Shown: positions 38,001 to 57,813, counted from the first letter of the stretch. The stretch is DNA of 64,000 bases from the human T2T-CHM13v2.0 reference genome, Homo sapiens (GCF_009914755.1 NC_060926.1); one strand, 5' to 3'. A program made the numbers and translations. The notes: generated by a model from the sequence alone, not told the origin.

Positions 38001-41000
38001 CAGCCAAGCCAGCCAGGCAGCCAAGCCAGCCACGCCAGCCAGCCAGCCAAGCCAGGCATGCCAGCCAAGCCATCCAGCCAACTAAGCCAGCTGGCTAGCC
38101 AAGCCAGCCAAGCCAGCCAACCAGCCAAGCCAGCCAACCAGCCAAGCCAGCCAGCTAGCCAAGCTACCCAGCCAGCCAGCTAGCCAAACCAGCCAAGCCA
38201 CCCAGCCAGCCAAGCCACCCAGCCAGCCAAGCCAGCCAAGCCAATCAGCCAGCCAGGCAGCCAGCCACCCAAGCCAGCCAAGCCAGCCAAGCCAGCCAAG
38301 CCAGCCAGCCACCCAGCCAGCCAAGCCTCCCAGCCAGCCAAGCCAGCCAAGCCTCCCAGCCAGCCAAGCCAGCCAAGCCACCCAGACAGCCAAGCCAGCC
38401 AAGCCACCTAGCCAGCCAGGCCCGCCAGCCAGCCAGCCAGCTAGCCAAGCCAGCCATTCCAGCCAGGCAGCCAAGCCAGCCAAGCCAGTCAAGCCCGCCA
38501 GCCAGCCAAGACAGGCATGCCAGCCAAGCCAGCCAGGCAGCCAAGCCAGCCAAGCCAGGCAGCAAGCAAAGCCAGGCAGGCCAGCCAAGCCAGCCAGGCA
38601 GCCAAGCCAGCAAAACCAGCCAGCCAGCCAAGCCAGGCATGCCAGCCAAGCCATCCAGCCGGCTAAGCCAGCTGGCCAGCCAAGCCAGCCAAGCCACCTA
38701 GCCAGCCAGGCCCGCCAGCCAGCCAGCCAGCCAGCCAGCGAGCCAAGCCAGCCAAGCCAGCCAGCCTGCCAAGCCAGCCGGCCAGCCAAGCTAGGCAATC
38801 CACTCAGCCACTCAAGCCAGCCAAGTCACCCGACCATCCAAGCCAGCCAAGCCAGTCAGCCAGCCCAGACAGCCAAGCCAGCCAAGCCAGCCAAGCCAGC
38901 CAAGCCCGCCAACCAGCCAAGACAGGCATGCTAGCCAAGCCAGCCAGGCAGCCAAGCCAGCCAGGCAGCCAAGCCAGCCAAGCCAGACAGCAAGCAAAGC
39001 CAGGCATGTCAGCCAAGCCAGCCAGGCAGCCAAGCCAGCCAGGCAGCCAAGCCAGCCAAGCCAGCCAGCAAGCAAAACCAGGCATGTCAGCCAAGCCAGC
39101 CAGGCAGCCAAGCCAGCCACGCCAGCCAGCCAGCCAAGCCAGGCATGCCAGCCAAGCCATCCAGCCAACTAAGCCAGCCGGCTAGCCAAGCCAGCCAAGC
39201 CAGCCAACCAGCCAAGCCAGCCAGCTAGCCAAGCTACCCAGCCAGCCAGCTAGCCAAGCCAGCCAAGCCACCCAGCCAGCCAAGCCAGCCAAGCCAATCA
39301 GCCAGCCAGGCAGCCAGCCACCCAAGCCAGCCAAGCCAGCCAAGCCAGCCAAGCCAGCCAGCCACCAAGCCACCCAGCCAGCCAAGCCACCCAGCCAGCC
39401 AAGCCAGCCAAGCCTCCCAGCCAGCCAAGCCAGCCAAGCCACCCAGCCAGCCAAGCCAGCCAAGCCTCCCAGCCAGCCAAGCCAGCCAAGCCTCCCAGCC
39501 AGCCAAGCCAGCCAAGCCACCTAGCCAGCCAGGACCGCCAGCCAGCCAGCTAGCCAAGCCAGCCAAGCCAGCCAGGCAGCCAAGCCAGCCAAGCCAGTCA
39601 AGCCCGCCAGCCAGCCAAGACAGGCATGCCAGCCAAGCCAGCCAGGCAGCCAAGCCAGCCAAGCCAGGCAGCAAGCAAAGCCAGGCAGGCCAGCCAAGCC
39701 AGCTAGGCAGCCAAGCCAGAAAAGCCAGCCAGCCAGCCAAGCCAGGCATGCCAGCCAAGCCATCCAGCCGGCTAAGCCAGCTGGCCAGCCAAGCCAGACA
39801 AGCCACCCGGCCATCCAAGCCAGCCAGCCAAACCAGCCAAGCCAGCCAAGCCAGCCAAGTCAGTCAGCCAGCCAGCCAGCCAAGACAGCCAAGCCTCCCA
39901 GCCAGCAAAACCAGCCAAGCCACCCAGCCAGCCAAGCCAGCCAAGCCACCTAGCCAGCCAGGCCCGCCAGCCAGCCAGCCAGCGAGCCAAGCCAGCCAAG
40001 CCAGCCAGCCTGCCAAGCCAGCCGGCCAGCCAAGCTAGGCAATCCACTCAGCCACTCACGCCAGCCAAGTCACCCGACCATCCAAGCCAGCCAAGCCAGT
40101 CAGCCAGCCCAGACAGCCAAGCCAGCCAAGCCAGCCAAGCCAGCCAAGCCCGCCAACCAGCCAAGACAGGCATGCTAGCCAAGCCAGCCAGGCAGCCAAG
40201 CCAGCCAAGCCAGCCAGCAAGCAAAGCCAGGCATGTCAGCCAAGCCAGCCAGGCAGCCAAGCCAGCCAAGCCAGCCAGCCAGCCAAGCCAGGCATGCCAG
40301 CCAAGCCATCCAGCCAACTAAGCCAGCCGGCTAGCCAAGCCAGCCAAGCCAGCCAACCAGCCAAGCCAGCCAGCTAGCCAAGCTACCCAGCCAGCCAGCT
40401 AGCCAAACCAGCCAAGCCACCCAGCCAGCCAAGCCACCCAGCCAGCCAAGCCAGCCAAGCCAATCAGCCAGCCAGGCAGCCAGCCACCCAAGCCAGCCAA
40501 GCCAGCCAAGCCAGCCAAGCCAGCCAGCCACCCAGCCAGCCAAGCCTCCCAGACAGCCAAGCCAGCCAAGCCTCCCAGCCAGCCAAGCCAGCCAAGCCAC
40601 CCAGACAGCCAAGCCAGCCAAGCCACCTAGCCAGCCAGGCCCGCCAGCCAGCCAGCCAGCTAGCCAAGCCAGCCAAGCCAGCCAGGCAGCCAAGCCAGCC
40701 AAGCCAGTCAAGCCCGCCAGCCAGCCAAGACAGGCATGCCAGCCAAGCCAGCCAGGCAGCCAAGCCAGCCAAGCCAGGCAGCAAGCAAAGCCAGGCAGGC
40801 CAGCCAAGCCAGCCAGGCAGCCAAGCCAGCAAAACCAGCCAGCCAGCCAAGCCAGGCATGCCAGCCAAGCCATCCAGCCGGCTAAGCCAGCTGGCCAGCC
40901 AAGCCAGACAAGCCACCCGGCCATCCAAGCCAGCCAGCCAAGCCAGCCAAGCCAGCCAAGTCAGTCAGCCAGCCAGCCAGCCAAGCCAGCCAAGCCTCCC

Positions 41001-43800
41001 AGCCAGCAAAACCAGCCAAGCCACCCAGCCAGCCAAGCCAGCCAAGCCACCTAGCCAGCCAGGCCCGCCAGCCAGCCAGCCAGCCAGCCAGCGAGCCAAG
41101 CCAGCCAAGTCAGCCAGCCTGCCAAGCCAGCCGGCCAGCCCAGCTAGGCAATCCACTCAGCCACTCAAGCCAGCCAAGTCACCCGACCATCCAAGACAGC
41201 CAAGCCAGTCAGCCAGCCCAGACAGCCAAGCCAGCCAAGCCAGCCAAGCCAGCCAAGCCCGCCAACCAGCCAAGACAGGCATGCTAGCCAAGCCAGCCAG
41301 GCAGCCAAGCCAGCCAGGCAGCCAAGCCAGCCAAGCCAGCCAGCAAGCAAAACCAGGCATGTCAGCCAAGCCAGCCAGGCAGCCAAGCCAGCCACGCCAG
41401 CCAGCCAGCCAAGCCAGGCATGCCAGCCAAGCCATCCAGCCAACTAAGCCAGCCGGCTAGCCAAGCCAGCCAAGCCAGCCAACCAGCCAAGCCAGCCAGC
41501 TAGCCAAGCTACCCAGCCAGCCATCTAGCCAAGCCAGCCAAGCCACCCAGCCAGCCAAGCCACCCAGCCAGCCAAGCCAGCCAAGCCAATCAGCCAGCCA
41601 GGCAGCCAGCCCCCCAAGCCAGCCAAGCCAGCCAAGCCAGCCAAGCCAGCCAGCCACCCAGCCAGCCAAGCCAGCCAAGCCACCCAGCCAGCCAAGCCAG
41701 CCAAGCCACCCAGCCAGCCAAGCCAGCCAAGCCTCCCAGCCAGCCAAGCCAGCCAAGCCTCCCAGCCAGCCAAGCCAGCCAAGCCACCTAGCCAGCCAGG
41801 CCCGCCAGCCAGCCAGCCAGCTAGCCAAGCCAGCCAAGCCAGCCAGGCAGCCAAGCCAGCCAAGCCAGTCAAGCCCGCCAGCCAGCCAAGACAGGCATGC
41901 CAGCCAAGCCAGCCAGGCAGCCAAGCCAGCCAAGCCAGGCAGCAAGCAAAGCCAGGCAGGCCAGCCAAGCCAGCTAGGCAGCCAAGCCAGAAAAACCAGC
42001 CAGCCAGCCAAGCCAGGCATGCCAGCCAAGCCATCCAGCCGGCTAAGCCAGCTGGCCAGCCAAGCCAGACAAGCCACCCGGCCATCCAAGCCAGCCAGCC
42101 AAACCAGCCAAGCCAGCCAAGCCAGCCAAGTCAGTCAGCCAGCCAGCCAGCCAAGACAGCCAAGCCTCCCAGCCAGCAAAACCAGCCAAGCCACCCAGCC
42201 AGCCAAGCCAGCCAAGCCACCTAGCCAGCCAGGCCCGCCAGCCAGCCAGCCAGCGAGCCAAGCCAGCCAAGCCAGCCAGCCTGCCAAGCCAGCCGGCCAG
42301 CCAAGCTAGGCAATCCACTCAGCCACTCAAGCCAGCCAAGTCACCCGACCATCCAAGCCAGCCAAGCCAGTCAGCCAGCCCAGACAGCCAAGCCAGCCAA
42401 GCCAGCCAAGCCAGCCAAGCCCGCCAACCAGCCAAGACAGGCATGCTAGCCAAGCCAGCCAGGCAGCCAAGCCAGCCAAGCCAGCCAGCAAGCAAAGCCA
42501 GGCATGTCAGCCAAGCCAGCCAGGCAGCCAAGCCAGCCAAGCCAGCCAGCCAGCCAAGCCAGGCATGCCAGCCAAGCCATCCAGCCAACTAAGCCAGCCG
42601 GCTAGCCAAGCCAGCCAAGCCAGCCAACCAGCCAAGCCAGCCAGCTAGCCAAGCTACCCAGCCAGCCAGCTAGCCAAACCAGCCAAGCCACCCAGCCAGC
42701 CAAGCCACCCAGCCAGCCAAGCCAGCCAAGCCAATCAGCCAGCCAGGCAGCCAGCCACCCAAGCCAGCCAAGCCAGCCAAGCCAGCCAAGCCAGCCAGCC
42801 ACCCAGCCAGCCAAGCCTCCCAGCCAGCCAAGCCAGCCAAGCCTCCCAGCCAGCCAAGCCAGCCACGCCACCCAGCCAGCCAAGCCAGCCAAGCCAATCA
42901 GCCAGCCAGGCAGCCAGCCACCCAGCCAGCCAAGCAGGCCAAGCCACCTAGCCAGCCAGGCCCGCCAGCCAGCCAGCCAGGCAGCTAAGCCAGCCAAGCC
43001 AGTCAAGCCCGACAGCCAGCCAAGACAGGCATGCCAGCCAAGCCAGCCAGGCAGCCAAGCCAGCCAAGCCAGCCAGCCAGCCAAGCCAGGCATGCCAGCC
43101 AAGCCATCCAGCCAGCTAAGCCAGCCGGCTAGCCAAGCCAGCCAAGCCACCCGGCCGGCCAAGCCAGCCAAGCCGGCCAAACCAGCCAACCAGCCAAGCC
43201 AGCCAGCCAGCCAAGCCAGCCAAGCAGCCAGCCAGCCAGCCAAGCCAGCCAAGCCAGGCAAGCCACCCAGCCAGCCAAGCCATCTAGCCATCAAGCCAGT
43301 CAGGCCAGCCAGCCAGCCTGCCAAGCCGGCCACCCACCAAGCCAGCCAACCATCCACGCCAGCCAAGCCAGTTAGCCAGCCAGCCAAGCCACCCAGCCAG
43401 CCAAGCCAGCCAAGCCACACAGCCAGCCAAGCCACCCAGCCAGCCAAGACAGCCAAGCCACACAGCCAGCCAAGCCATCCAGCCAGCCAAGACAGCCAAG
43501 CCAGCCAAGCCAGCCAGCCAGCCACGCAAGCCAAGCCAGCCAGCCAGCCAAGCAATCCGTGCCAGCCAAGCCATCCAGCCAGCCAAGCGAGGCGTCCGGC
43601 CAAGCCACCCCACCAGCCAAGCCAGCCAGCCAGCCAGCCAGCCAGCCAAGCCACCCAGCCAACTAAGCCAGCCAAGCCACCCAGCCAGGCATACCAGCCA
43701 AGCCACCCAGCCAGCCAAGCCTGTCAGCCAGCGAACCAGCCAAGCCAGCCATGCCAGCCAGCCAGCCAAGCCATACAAGCCAGCCAGCCAGCCATGCCAG
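11010..43800 (+). repeat. (CCAG/CCAAG)n satellite, block 1 (~32.8 kb), base unit GCCAGCCAA, with higher-order structure
   Basis: Uninterrupted mix of CCAG and CCAAG units; + strand very T-poor; landmark AAGCTAGGCAATCCACTCAGCCACTCAAGCCAGCCAAGTCACCCGACCATCC recurs ~25 times. Confidence 0.98.
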
Positions 43801-49207
<5,407 letters not shown>

Positions 49208-49208
49208 T

Positions 49209-49596
49209 GGAAAGAGAGAGAGAGAAAAGGGAAGGAAGGAAGGAAGGAAGGAAGGAAAGAAGGAGGAAGGAAGGAAGGAAGGGGAGAGAGAAAGAGAGAG
49301 ATTGGGAGAGAGAGAGAAGGAGAGAGAGAGAAAGAAAGGAAAGAAAGGAAGGAAGGAAGGAAAGAAAGAAAGAGAGAAAGAAAGAAAGAAGGAGAGAGAG
49401 AAAGAAAGAAGGAAGTAAGGAAGGAAGGAGAGAAAGCAAGGAAGAAAGAAGGAAGGAAGGAGAGAGAGAAAGAAAGAAGAAAGAAAGAGAAAAAAGAAGG
49501 AAGGAAGGAGAGAGAGAAAGAAAGGAAGACAGAAGGAAGGAGAGACAGGGAAAGAAAGGAAGAAAGAAGAAAGAAAGATAAAGAAAGAAAGAGGAG
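49209..49596 (+). repeat. Polypurine (GA/GGAA/GAAA)n tract
   Basis: About 390 bp of almost pure A/G. Confidence 0.95.
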
Positions 49597-49679
49597 CAAA
49601 TGTACACTGCTCAGGAATCTCCTTTTCCTGTGGCCGGGGCAAGATTCTTTGCATTTTTCTCTGTAAGGAAAAAACAAAA

Positions 49680-49706
49680 CCACACACACACACTACACAC
49701 ACACAC
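49680..49706. repeat. (CA)n microsatellite
   Basis: CACACACACACACTACACACACACACA. Confidence 0.9.
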
Positions 49707-50696
49707 AGCAATAAGCTTTCATCCAGCCGGCACAAGACAGTTTCCTAGAGAATCTGTACACAGTCATGATGTTGGAGTCTCAATTTCAGATTGGGTTAAA
49801 GTGCCCTGCAAACCAGCATTTGCAGAGGCCATGGGAGAGGTTACTGGGGAATTAAGAGCTGCAGAGATGAGGGTCTCCGGCCGTCACCTTTGCAGCTGCA
49901 GGAGAGAGGAGGTGATTAGGGAATCTCCGTGTTCCCTTCTGAGCCTGGCAGGTGTGTTGTCCCCACCCTGTCTCCAGCACCGCACAGTTCATTGCAATGC
50001 AGGCCCTGCTTTCGGGTTTAGCAAAGGTAACTCCCCCTGGCACCCCCAGGCTTCTGCTTCCAGCACAGCGACTGCGACGTGGTGTTTGCTCCTCGGTCCT
50101 CATACAGAATTTGCCCACCTCAACTCAATCTTCCTCTCCCGGCGGTACCATTAATATTTTAATTTAATCAGAATTTCTGGGACTGGCTTGCCATCCTGAA
50201 CAACCTAGTTACCTGTCAGCCTCTATCAGCTTGTCATATTAGAGAGGATTGTCCTGGGAATCTAATCTGCTTTAAATGATTTCATGGGGTGTTGGTCTAT
50301 AAATCATCTCGACGCAGGCCTGACAACGTGAAGGCTTCAGTGGGTAAACAAACCACACTTGTTTTATTTTCAGCAGGCACAGACTTTGCTTTATCAACTT
50401 CTTATTAATTTTCGTGCTCCAAGAGGTCAAAAAAATGTTTTTGCTTCTCCTTTACATACAAAAACATTATTCGTAGAAGAGCTGTGGGCAGGCAACTCTC
50501 ATTAACATAAGTTCTGAGATTTGCAGGTGAGCTGGCTGGTTGGAGAAACGACACACACCTGTTTCAGCCAAGCCCCTGGTGGAGTTTGGAGTTTCCAAAA
50601 TGTTGACTTTTCCTCTTTCTGGTCAAAATAGAAATTATATGGATATTAAGGAGCCCCAAGTGTCTTCAGGGATGTTGAGGAACCCTGGACATACAA

Positions 50697-50698
<2 letters not shown>

Positions 50699-50732
<34 letters not shown>

Positions 50733-50740
50733 ACACACAC
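50699..50740. repeat. (CA)n microsatellite
   Basis: About 16 perfect AC units plus a short extension. Confidence 0.95.
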
Positions 50741-50933
50741 TCACCACCCCATGCCAAGAAGATACACAAAAAACTCACTCACCTTTCACTTGAGTTTGCA
50801 AATTTGGAGCTGACTTAATGAAGGAAAGAAAAATTGCAGCTACAAAGTAACACAGAGCCAATGAAAAGACAAAAACCACCACTAGATTTTCTTCTTTTCT
50901 AAAGTTTTATTTTATTTTTAAGAGTCAACGTTC

Positions 50934-51229
50934 GGATCAGGCGCAGTGGCTCACGCTTGTAATCCCAGCGCTTTGGGAGGCTGAGGTGGGAGAATCACAA
51001 GGCCAGAAGTTCAAGACCAGTCTGGGCAACATAGCAAGATCCCATCTCTTAAAAAAAAAGTACAAAAGTTAGCTGGACCTACTGGTGCAGACCTGTATTT
51101 CCAGCTACTGGGGAGGCTGAGGTGGAAGGATGGTTTGAGTCCAGGAGGTTAAGGCTGCACTGAGCCATGATTGCATCACTGCACACTCCAGCTTAGGCAA
51201 CAGAGCAAGACCTTGTCTCAAGAAAAAAA
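50934..51229 (+). mobile_element. Alu (AluJ-like)
   Basis: GGCGCAGTGGCTCACGCTTGTAATCCCAGC...GGATGGTTTGAGTCCAGGAGGTTAAGGCTGCA...CCATGATTGC. Confidence 0.92.
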
Positions 51230-51256
51230 CTCCATAATGATTGTACACATTTATGA

Positions 51257-51757
<501 letters not shown>

Positions 51758-52028
51758 TAAACGGTGGGTTGCCCAATTCCTGCTGCCGTGAAGTACTTCA
51801 GCTTACAGCGGAAAGCCGGGCGCAGACACCATGCTTTATTTCTATTTCCACGAACAAGAAGCGTCTCTTGCAGTCTGCAATATTTGTCGTCAAAAATTTC
51901 ACTGGCTGTTGTATCAAATCAGCCACCTCTATAGGGTGTGATCATTGACAATTTTTTGTTACATCCCGATGGCCGTTTTACCTGGACCGTTTTCTTCCTT
52001 TCATGGGTGAAGCAAAACTCCTTGGTAG

Positions 52029-52334
<306 letters not shown>

Positions 52335-52373
52335 AATGTGATGATTATCTATGGATATACCCTGATCATCAGC

Positions 52374-52508
52374 AGGAGGAAATGAAGAGGTATTGGTTAA
52401 AAATACAAAGTTGCAGTTACGCAGGATGAATAAGTACTAATTTGTAACAATTCAGTATGAAACAGTGTGACCGTGGTTAACAAGGCTCTGCTCTATGCCT
52501 GACATCTG
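52374..52508 (+). mobile_element. Old L1 (L1MA-like) 3'UTR fragment
   Basis: GTATTGGTTAAAAATACAAAGTTGCAGTTA..CAGGATGAATAAGT...GTGACCGTGGTTAACAA resembles L1MA 3' ends. Confidence 0.6.
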
Positions 52509-52723
52509 AGAACAGAGGAATTGAAGTCTGAACTTTGTCCAGAAGAGGATGGCTTTGCAGGCTTTGCTGAGCATGCTGAATTCACGGTTTCCGGGTCAGC
52601 CCCTGGGCTGCCCAGGGACAGGGTGGAAACCCTGCCCCAGAAAGTCCAGGAGCCAGGAACCTGCTTAGAGACACATTTCAACAAGGAAAACCACACTCAG
52701 GCCGGCCTCCTTAAAAACACATA

Positions 52724-52890
52724 GGCCCGGCGTGGTGGCTCAAGCCTGTAATTCCAGCACTTTGGGAGGCTGAGGCAGGTGGATTGCCTGAGTTCAGGAG
52801 TTCGAGGCTGCGGTGAGCTATGATTGCACTCCAGCCTCGGCAACAGAGTGAGACCCTGTCTCAAAGAAATAAACAAATAAATGAATAAGC
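52724..52890 (+). mobile_element. Internally deleted or monomeric Alu
   Basis: Left-arm start GGCCCGGCGTGGTGGCTCA runs into the right-arm end GAGTTCGAGGCTGCGGTGAGC...GAGACCCTGTCTC and an A-rich tail. Confidence 0.85.
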
Positions 52891-53114
52891 AAGCAAGCAA
52901 TTTTTAAGTTGAACATCAGTTCTCTACTTGACTCTAGAGTTAAATAGGCATCCAGTTGCTTTTTGTGTTTATTTTTATATTCACTGCTTTTGCCTGCAAC
53001 TGTGTTTCTGGTTCTAAGTAAATATAACGTATGCTACTGGTACACATACGTCTTAGGCAACATATGTTTCATTCACTGGATTGTTAGCTCTGTTTTGTTT
53101 TGTCACTACTTTAG

Positions 53115-53180
53115 TCCCAGTACCAATAACTGTGCCAGGCACAAAGTAGGTGTTTAGCTAATATTGTTAAATGAAGAAAT
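53115..53180 (+). mobile_element. L2 3'-terminal fragment
   Basis: TGTGCCAGGCACAAAGTAGGTGTTTAGCTAATATTGTTAAATGAA resembles the L2 end GTGCCTGGCACATAGTAGGTGCTCAATAAATATTTGTTGAATGAA. Confidence 0.6.
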
Positions 53181-53560
53181 ACAAATATTTGATTTTATCA
53201 CTTGAATCCTCATTTATTAGTACTGCACTATCTTTTCTTAGCTGTTTTTGTGAACATATGTGTGCTGCTTTTTTACCCTAACTAGATTGGAAGTACATTG
53301 TGGGTAGAAACTTGGTTTTATTTGTTTTTCCTATATTCTCCTTTACAGCAGTTTAGACCTGATGGGAAGTAGGTATTTCCCAAACACGTGATTGAACTGA
53401 AATACATTGGTAGATTTCATTTTATCAGGAGACTGCCAAAAGTATAGTCATAAATAAGGAATTTGGAAGAGAATCAAAAAGCTAGTATGTACTCATCTGT
53501 CAGCTTGAAGGCCTGTATAAGACTCCATACTTCTGTGGAGTAAAAAGGGTAGGGTTCTGG

Positions 53561-53611
53561 GGCTGGACACGGTAGCTCACACCTGTAATCCCAACACTTT
53601 GGGGAAAAAAA
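53561..53611 (+). mobile_element. 5'-only Alu fragment with short A-run and apparent TSD
   Basis: GGCTGGACACGGTAGCTCACACCTGTAATCCCAACACTTTGGGG plus A7, flanked by AGGGTTCTGG at 53551 and 53613. Confidence 0.75.
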
Positions 53612-53633
53612 GAGGGTTCTGGGACTATTCTTT

Positions 53634-53974
<341 letters not shown>

Positions 53975-54060
53975 CTATTTCCTGCTTTTTGTTTTGTTTT
54001 GTTTTGCTTTGCTTTGTTTTTTGTTTTTGGCCTTCTAACTGTGTTACAAATGGTTTAAGT

Positions 54061-54232
54061 CAGTGGTTCTCCAAGGGTGGTCCCAGATCAGCAGCATTAT
54101 CACCTGGGTACTTACTAGAAATGCAAATTCTTGGGCCCCACTCCAGACCTACTGAATGAGCAACTCTGAGGGTAGAACCTAAAAAATTGTGTTTTAACAA
54201 GTCATCTGGGTGATTCTGATGGTAAAGTTTGA
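54061..54232. mobile_element. MER5A (hAT-Charlie non-autonomous DNA transposon)
   Basis: CAGTGGTTCTC..AGTGGTCCC...AGAAATGCAAATTCT.GGGCCCCAC.CCAGACCTACTGAAT...TGTGTTTTAACAAG...GGTGATTCTGATG..TAAAGTTTGA matches the MER5A consensus as recalled. Confidence 0.85.
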
Positions 54233-54550
<318 letters not shown>

Positions 54551-55018
54551 TGATAAAGACACTGTCTTTAAGAGAGAGGGCTAGAGGCAGTGATTATGTG
54601 CCAGAGAAAACTAGCAGCCTAGATTTAAGAGGATAATATAATCCAAAGCTTTTCAGAGGGAATAGATACAGTTTATAGAAGGCATTAAGACATAAAGCAG
54701 ATTATTGAAACTTCACTGTACACTGTAACCGTATAATTGACTTTTACTTATATATTTCCTCTTTTACTTTGAAGTTTGTGTTCAAATCAAAAGATGAGAA
54801 CCTTAAATTAATCAAGTTTTATAATATTTTATTTTAGATTTTTGTAAAAGTGAATGCTTTTTATATTCCATAGCAAGTAACTGAAAAGCTACTGAAAAGT
54901 GTCCAACCCAAGAATTTTGTGTATTTTTCATTTTGAATATACTTCTCAGTGATTTCAATTTTGAATCCTAGCCCTTTTAAATTTCAGAATGCACAGTAGT
55001 TTAAAATGGCTTCAATAA

Positions 55019-55313
55019 GGCTGGGCGCGGTGGCTCGCACCTGTAATCCCAGGGCTCAGGGAGACCGAGGTGGGTGGATCACGAGGTCAGGAGTTTGAGA
55101 ACAGCCTGACCAAGTGGTAAAACCCTGTCTCTACTAAAAATACAAAAATTAGCTGGGCATAGTGGTGCGCACCTGTAATCCCAGCTACTCAGGAGGCTGA
55201 GGTAGGAGAATTACTTCGACCCCGGGAGGCTGAAGTTGCAGTGAGCCGAAATCGCACCACTGTACTACAGCCTGGGCGACAGAGTGAGAATCCGTCTCAA
55301 AAGAAAAAAAAAA
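55019..55313 (+). mobile_element. Alu (AluS-like)
   Basis: GGCTGGGCGCGGTGGCTCGCACCTGTAATCCC...GAGAATCCGTCTC plus A-tail. Confidence 0.94.
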
Positions 55314-55479
55314 GGGTGGGGGGGCTTTAATAAATTAAGTGGTACATTTTAAATATTTTAATTGTTTATTAGATATTACGTATGCAGATAAACCTGTTTA
55401 AATATAGAAGATTTATATTCCTATTTACATATATCCTTTTGACAAATTAGAATTGAAAATAATATAAAAATAAATTTTC

Positions 55480-55790
55480 AGCTGGGCACGGTGGCTCACA
55501 CCTGTAATCCCAGCATTTTGGGAGGCCGGGGCGGGCGGATCACGAGGTCAGGAGATTGAGACCACGGTAAAACCCCGTCTCTACTAAAAATACAAAAAAT
55601 TAGCTGGGTGCAGTGGCGGGCGCCTGTAGTCCCAGCTACTCAGGAGGCTGAGGCAAGAGGATGGCATGAACCCGGGAAGCGGAGCTTGCAGTGAGCTGAG
55701 ATGGTGCCACTGCACTCCAGCCTGGGCAACAGAGTGAGACTCCATCTCAAAAAAAATAAATATATAAAATAAAAAATTAAATAAAAAAAT
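55480..55790 (+). mobile_element. Alu (AluY-like) with TSD AAAAATAAATTTTC
   Basis: GGATGGCATGAACCCGGGAAGCGGAGCTTGCAGTGAGC (AluY-type); the TSD is visible on both flanks. Confidence 0.94.
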
Positions 55791-56067
55791 AAATTTTCTT
55801 TCTGTCATGCAGACTTAAATAGTAAAATATCTTCCTTCTATTATTTTTATCTTTTTTGTTTATGATGGTTAGGAAGTGAATATCTAATTTTCTATACTGT
55901 GAAAAATACACATAAAGTATCATGGAAGTTCAACATTCATTTTCCTTGAAAATAATTCCAAAGTTTTCTTCTCCAGAAATATATCCTGTTATCATTAAGT
56001 TTAGTTGTACTGATAAATGGCAGTTGATGATTTGTAAGTTTTTAAACATATTTATTCATAACACTTA

Positions 56068-56650
<583 letters not shown>

Positions 56651-57049
56651 TATTTTCCTCTTTTTCTTTTTACTTTTTCCCTTCCCTTTATTTCTTCCTT
56701 TCACTGTTTTCATCTTTTATGTCTCTCACCCTCGCCCTTCCTCAGTTCAATTCAAAGAGCAATATACTGCCATATCTGGAGAATTTTTAGCTGGAATTTA
56801 ATCTTTATTTTAAAAGAGTAAGAATTTATACCAATTATTATGTTTTCGACTGAGGTCGTTTTACAGAAGGAATTCTTTTTTTTATGTAGGAATGTGTTTT
56901 AAGACTTTTTGTTTCTAATGTCTTAGTTTTCTAGAGAAAAAAAGGTAAAAGATTGACATTATTCTCATAGTCTTTTACTCTTTTCTCAAAGGTCTTAGTT
57001 CAGGTCCTAATTTTCTTTCAATTATACTCATTTATTTAACCAGTCTCCT

Positions 57050-57310
57050 TTAGGTGGTCATTTGGGTTGTATACATATTCTTGTCTGTGTTTTATCAGTA
57101 ATGTATTATATAATTTCATGTATGTACAAATATATATTTGAAGGATAACATTCTAAAATTGCTGAGTTAAAGGGTATATGCATTTATAAACTTGACAGAT
57201 ATTACCAGTTGTCCTCTATAAAGTGAAACTGGTTTATATCACCACAGCTAACATATAAATGTCTGTTTTCTACCATATTATTAAGTTACTGAACTTTATC
57301 CATCTGATGG
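57050..57310 (-). mobile_element. Highly diverged L1M fragment
   Basis: CATTTGGGTTGT...AATTGCTGAGTTAAAGGGTATATGCATTTATAAACTTGACAGATATTACCA resembles antisense old L1 ORF2. Confidence 0.5.
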
Positions 57311-57371
57311 AAAAGGAGAAATCTGATTGTACTTTATTTTTTATATTTTTAATATTTTTATGAGCCGTCTT

Positions 57372-57813
57372 GGCATGTTGGCCAGGATGGTCTCAAACTC
57401 CAGCCTCAAGCAATCCTCTCACCTCAGTCTCCCAAAGTTCTGGGACTACAGGCATTAGCTACCATGCCTGGCCCTGATTACCACCCCGCCACCCACCCCC
57501 CACCCCCTTTTTTTTTTTTTTTTTTTTTTTGAGACAAGGTCTCACTCTGTCACCCATGTTAGAGTGTGGTGGTGTGATCACTGCTCACTGCAGCCTTGGC
57601 CTCCTGGGCTGAGGTGATTCTCCTGTCTCAGCCTCCCAAGTAGCTGGGACCACAGACACATGCCACCATGTCTGGCTGATTTTTTAAATTATTTGTAGGG
57701 AAGTGGTCTCGCTATGTTGCACAGGCTAGGCTCAAACTCCTGAGCTCAAGTTATCCTCCCACCTCGGCCTCCCAAAGTGCTGTAATTACAGGACTGAGCC
57801 ACTGTGCCCAGCC
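57372..57813 (-). mobile_element. Alu left-arm fragment (57372-57473) and AluJ-like element (57508-57813)
   Basis: CTCAAGCAATCCTCTCACCTCAG; GAGACAAGGTCTCACTCTG...CTCACTGCAGCCTTG...GCTATGTTGC. Confidence 0.9.

Noticed and set aside
13630-42360. Recurring landmark motif as a CRISPR-like repeat-spacer array
   Set aside because: The intervals are 0.5-2.2 kb of the same satellite rather than unique spacers; the context is eukaryotic and there are no cas genes.
11010-43800. Identity with the myotonic dystrophy type 2 (CCTG)n repeat or with alpha, beta, HSat or telomeric satellites
   Set aside because: The unit is CCAG/CTGG plus CCAAG, not CCTG/CAGG, GGAAT, TTAGGG or a 68/171-bp monomer.
49600-50154. 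184-aa ORF downstream of the purine tract
   Set aside because: It runs through a CA microsatellite and has no recognisable domain or gene structure.
56746-56817. Possible 72-bp exon (pyrimidine tract + CAG ... GTAAGA)
   Set aside because: Two of three frames have stops, the open frame is not recognisable, and no partner exons are evident; unsupported without RNA data.
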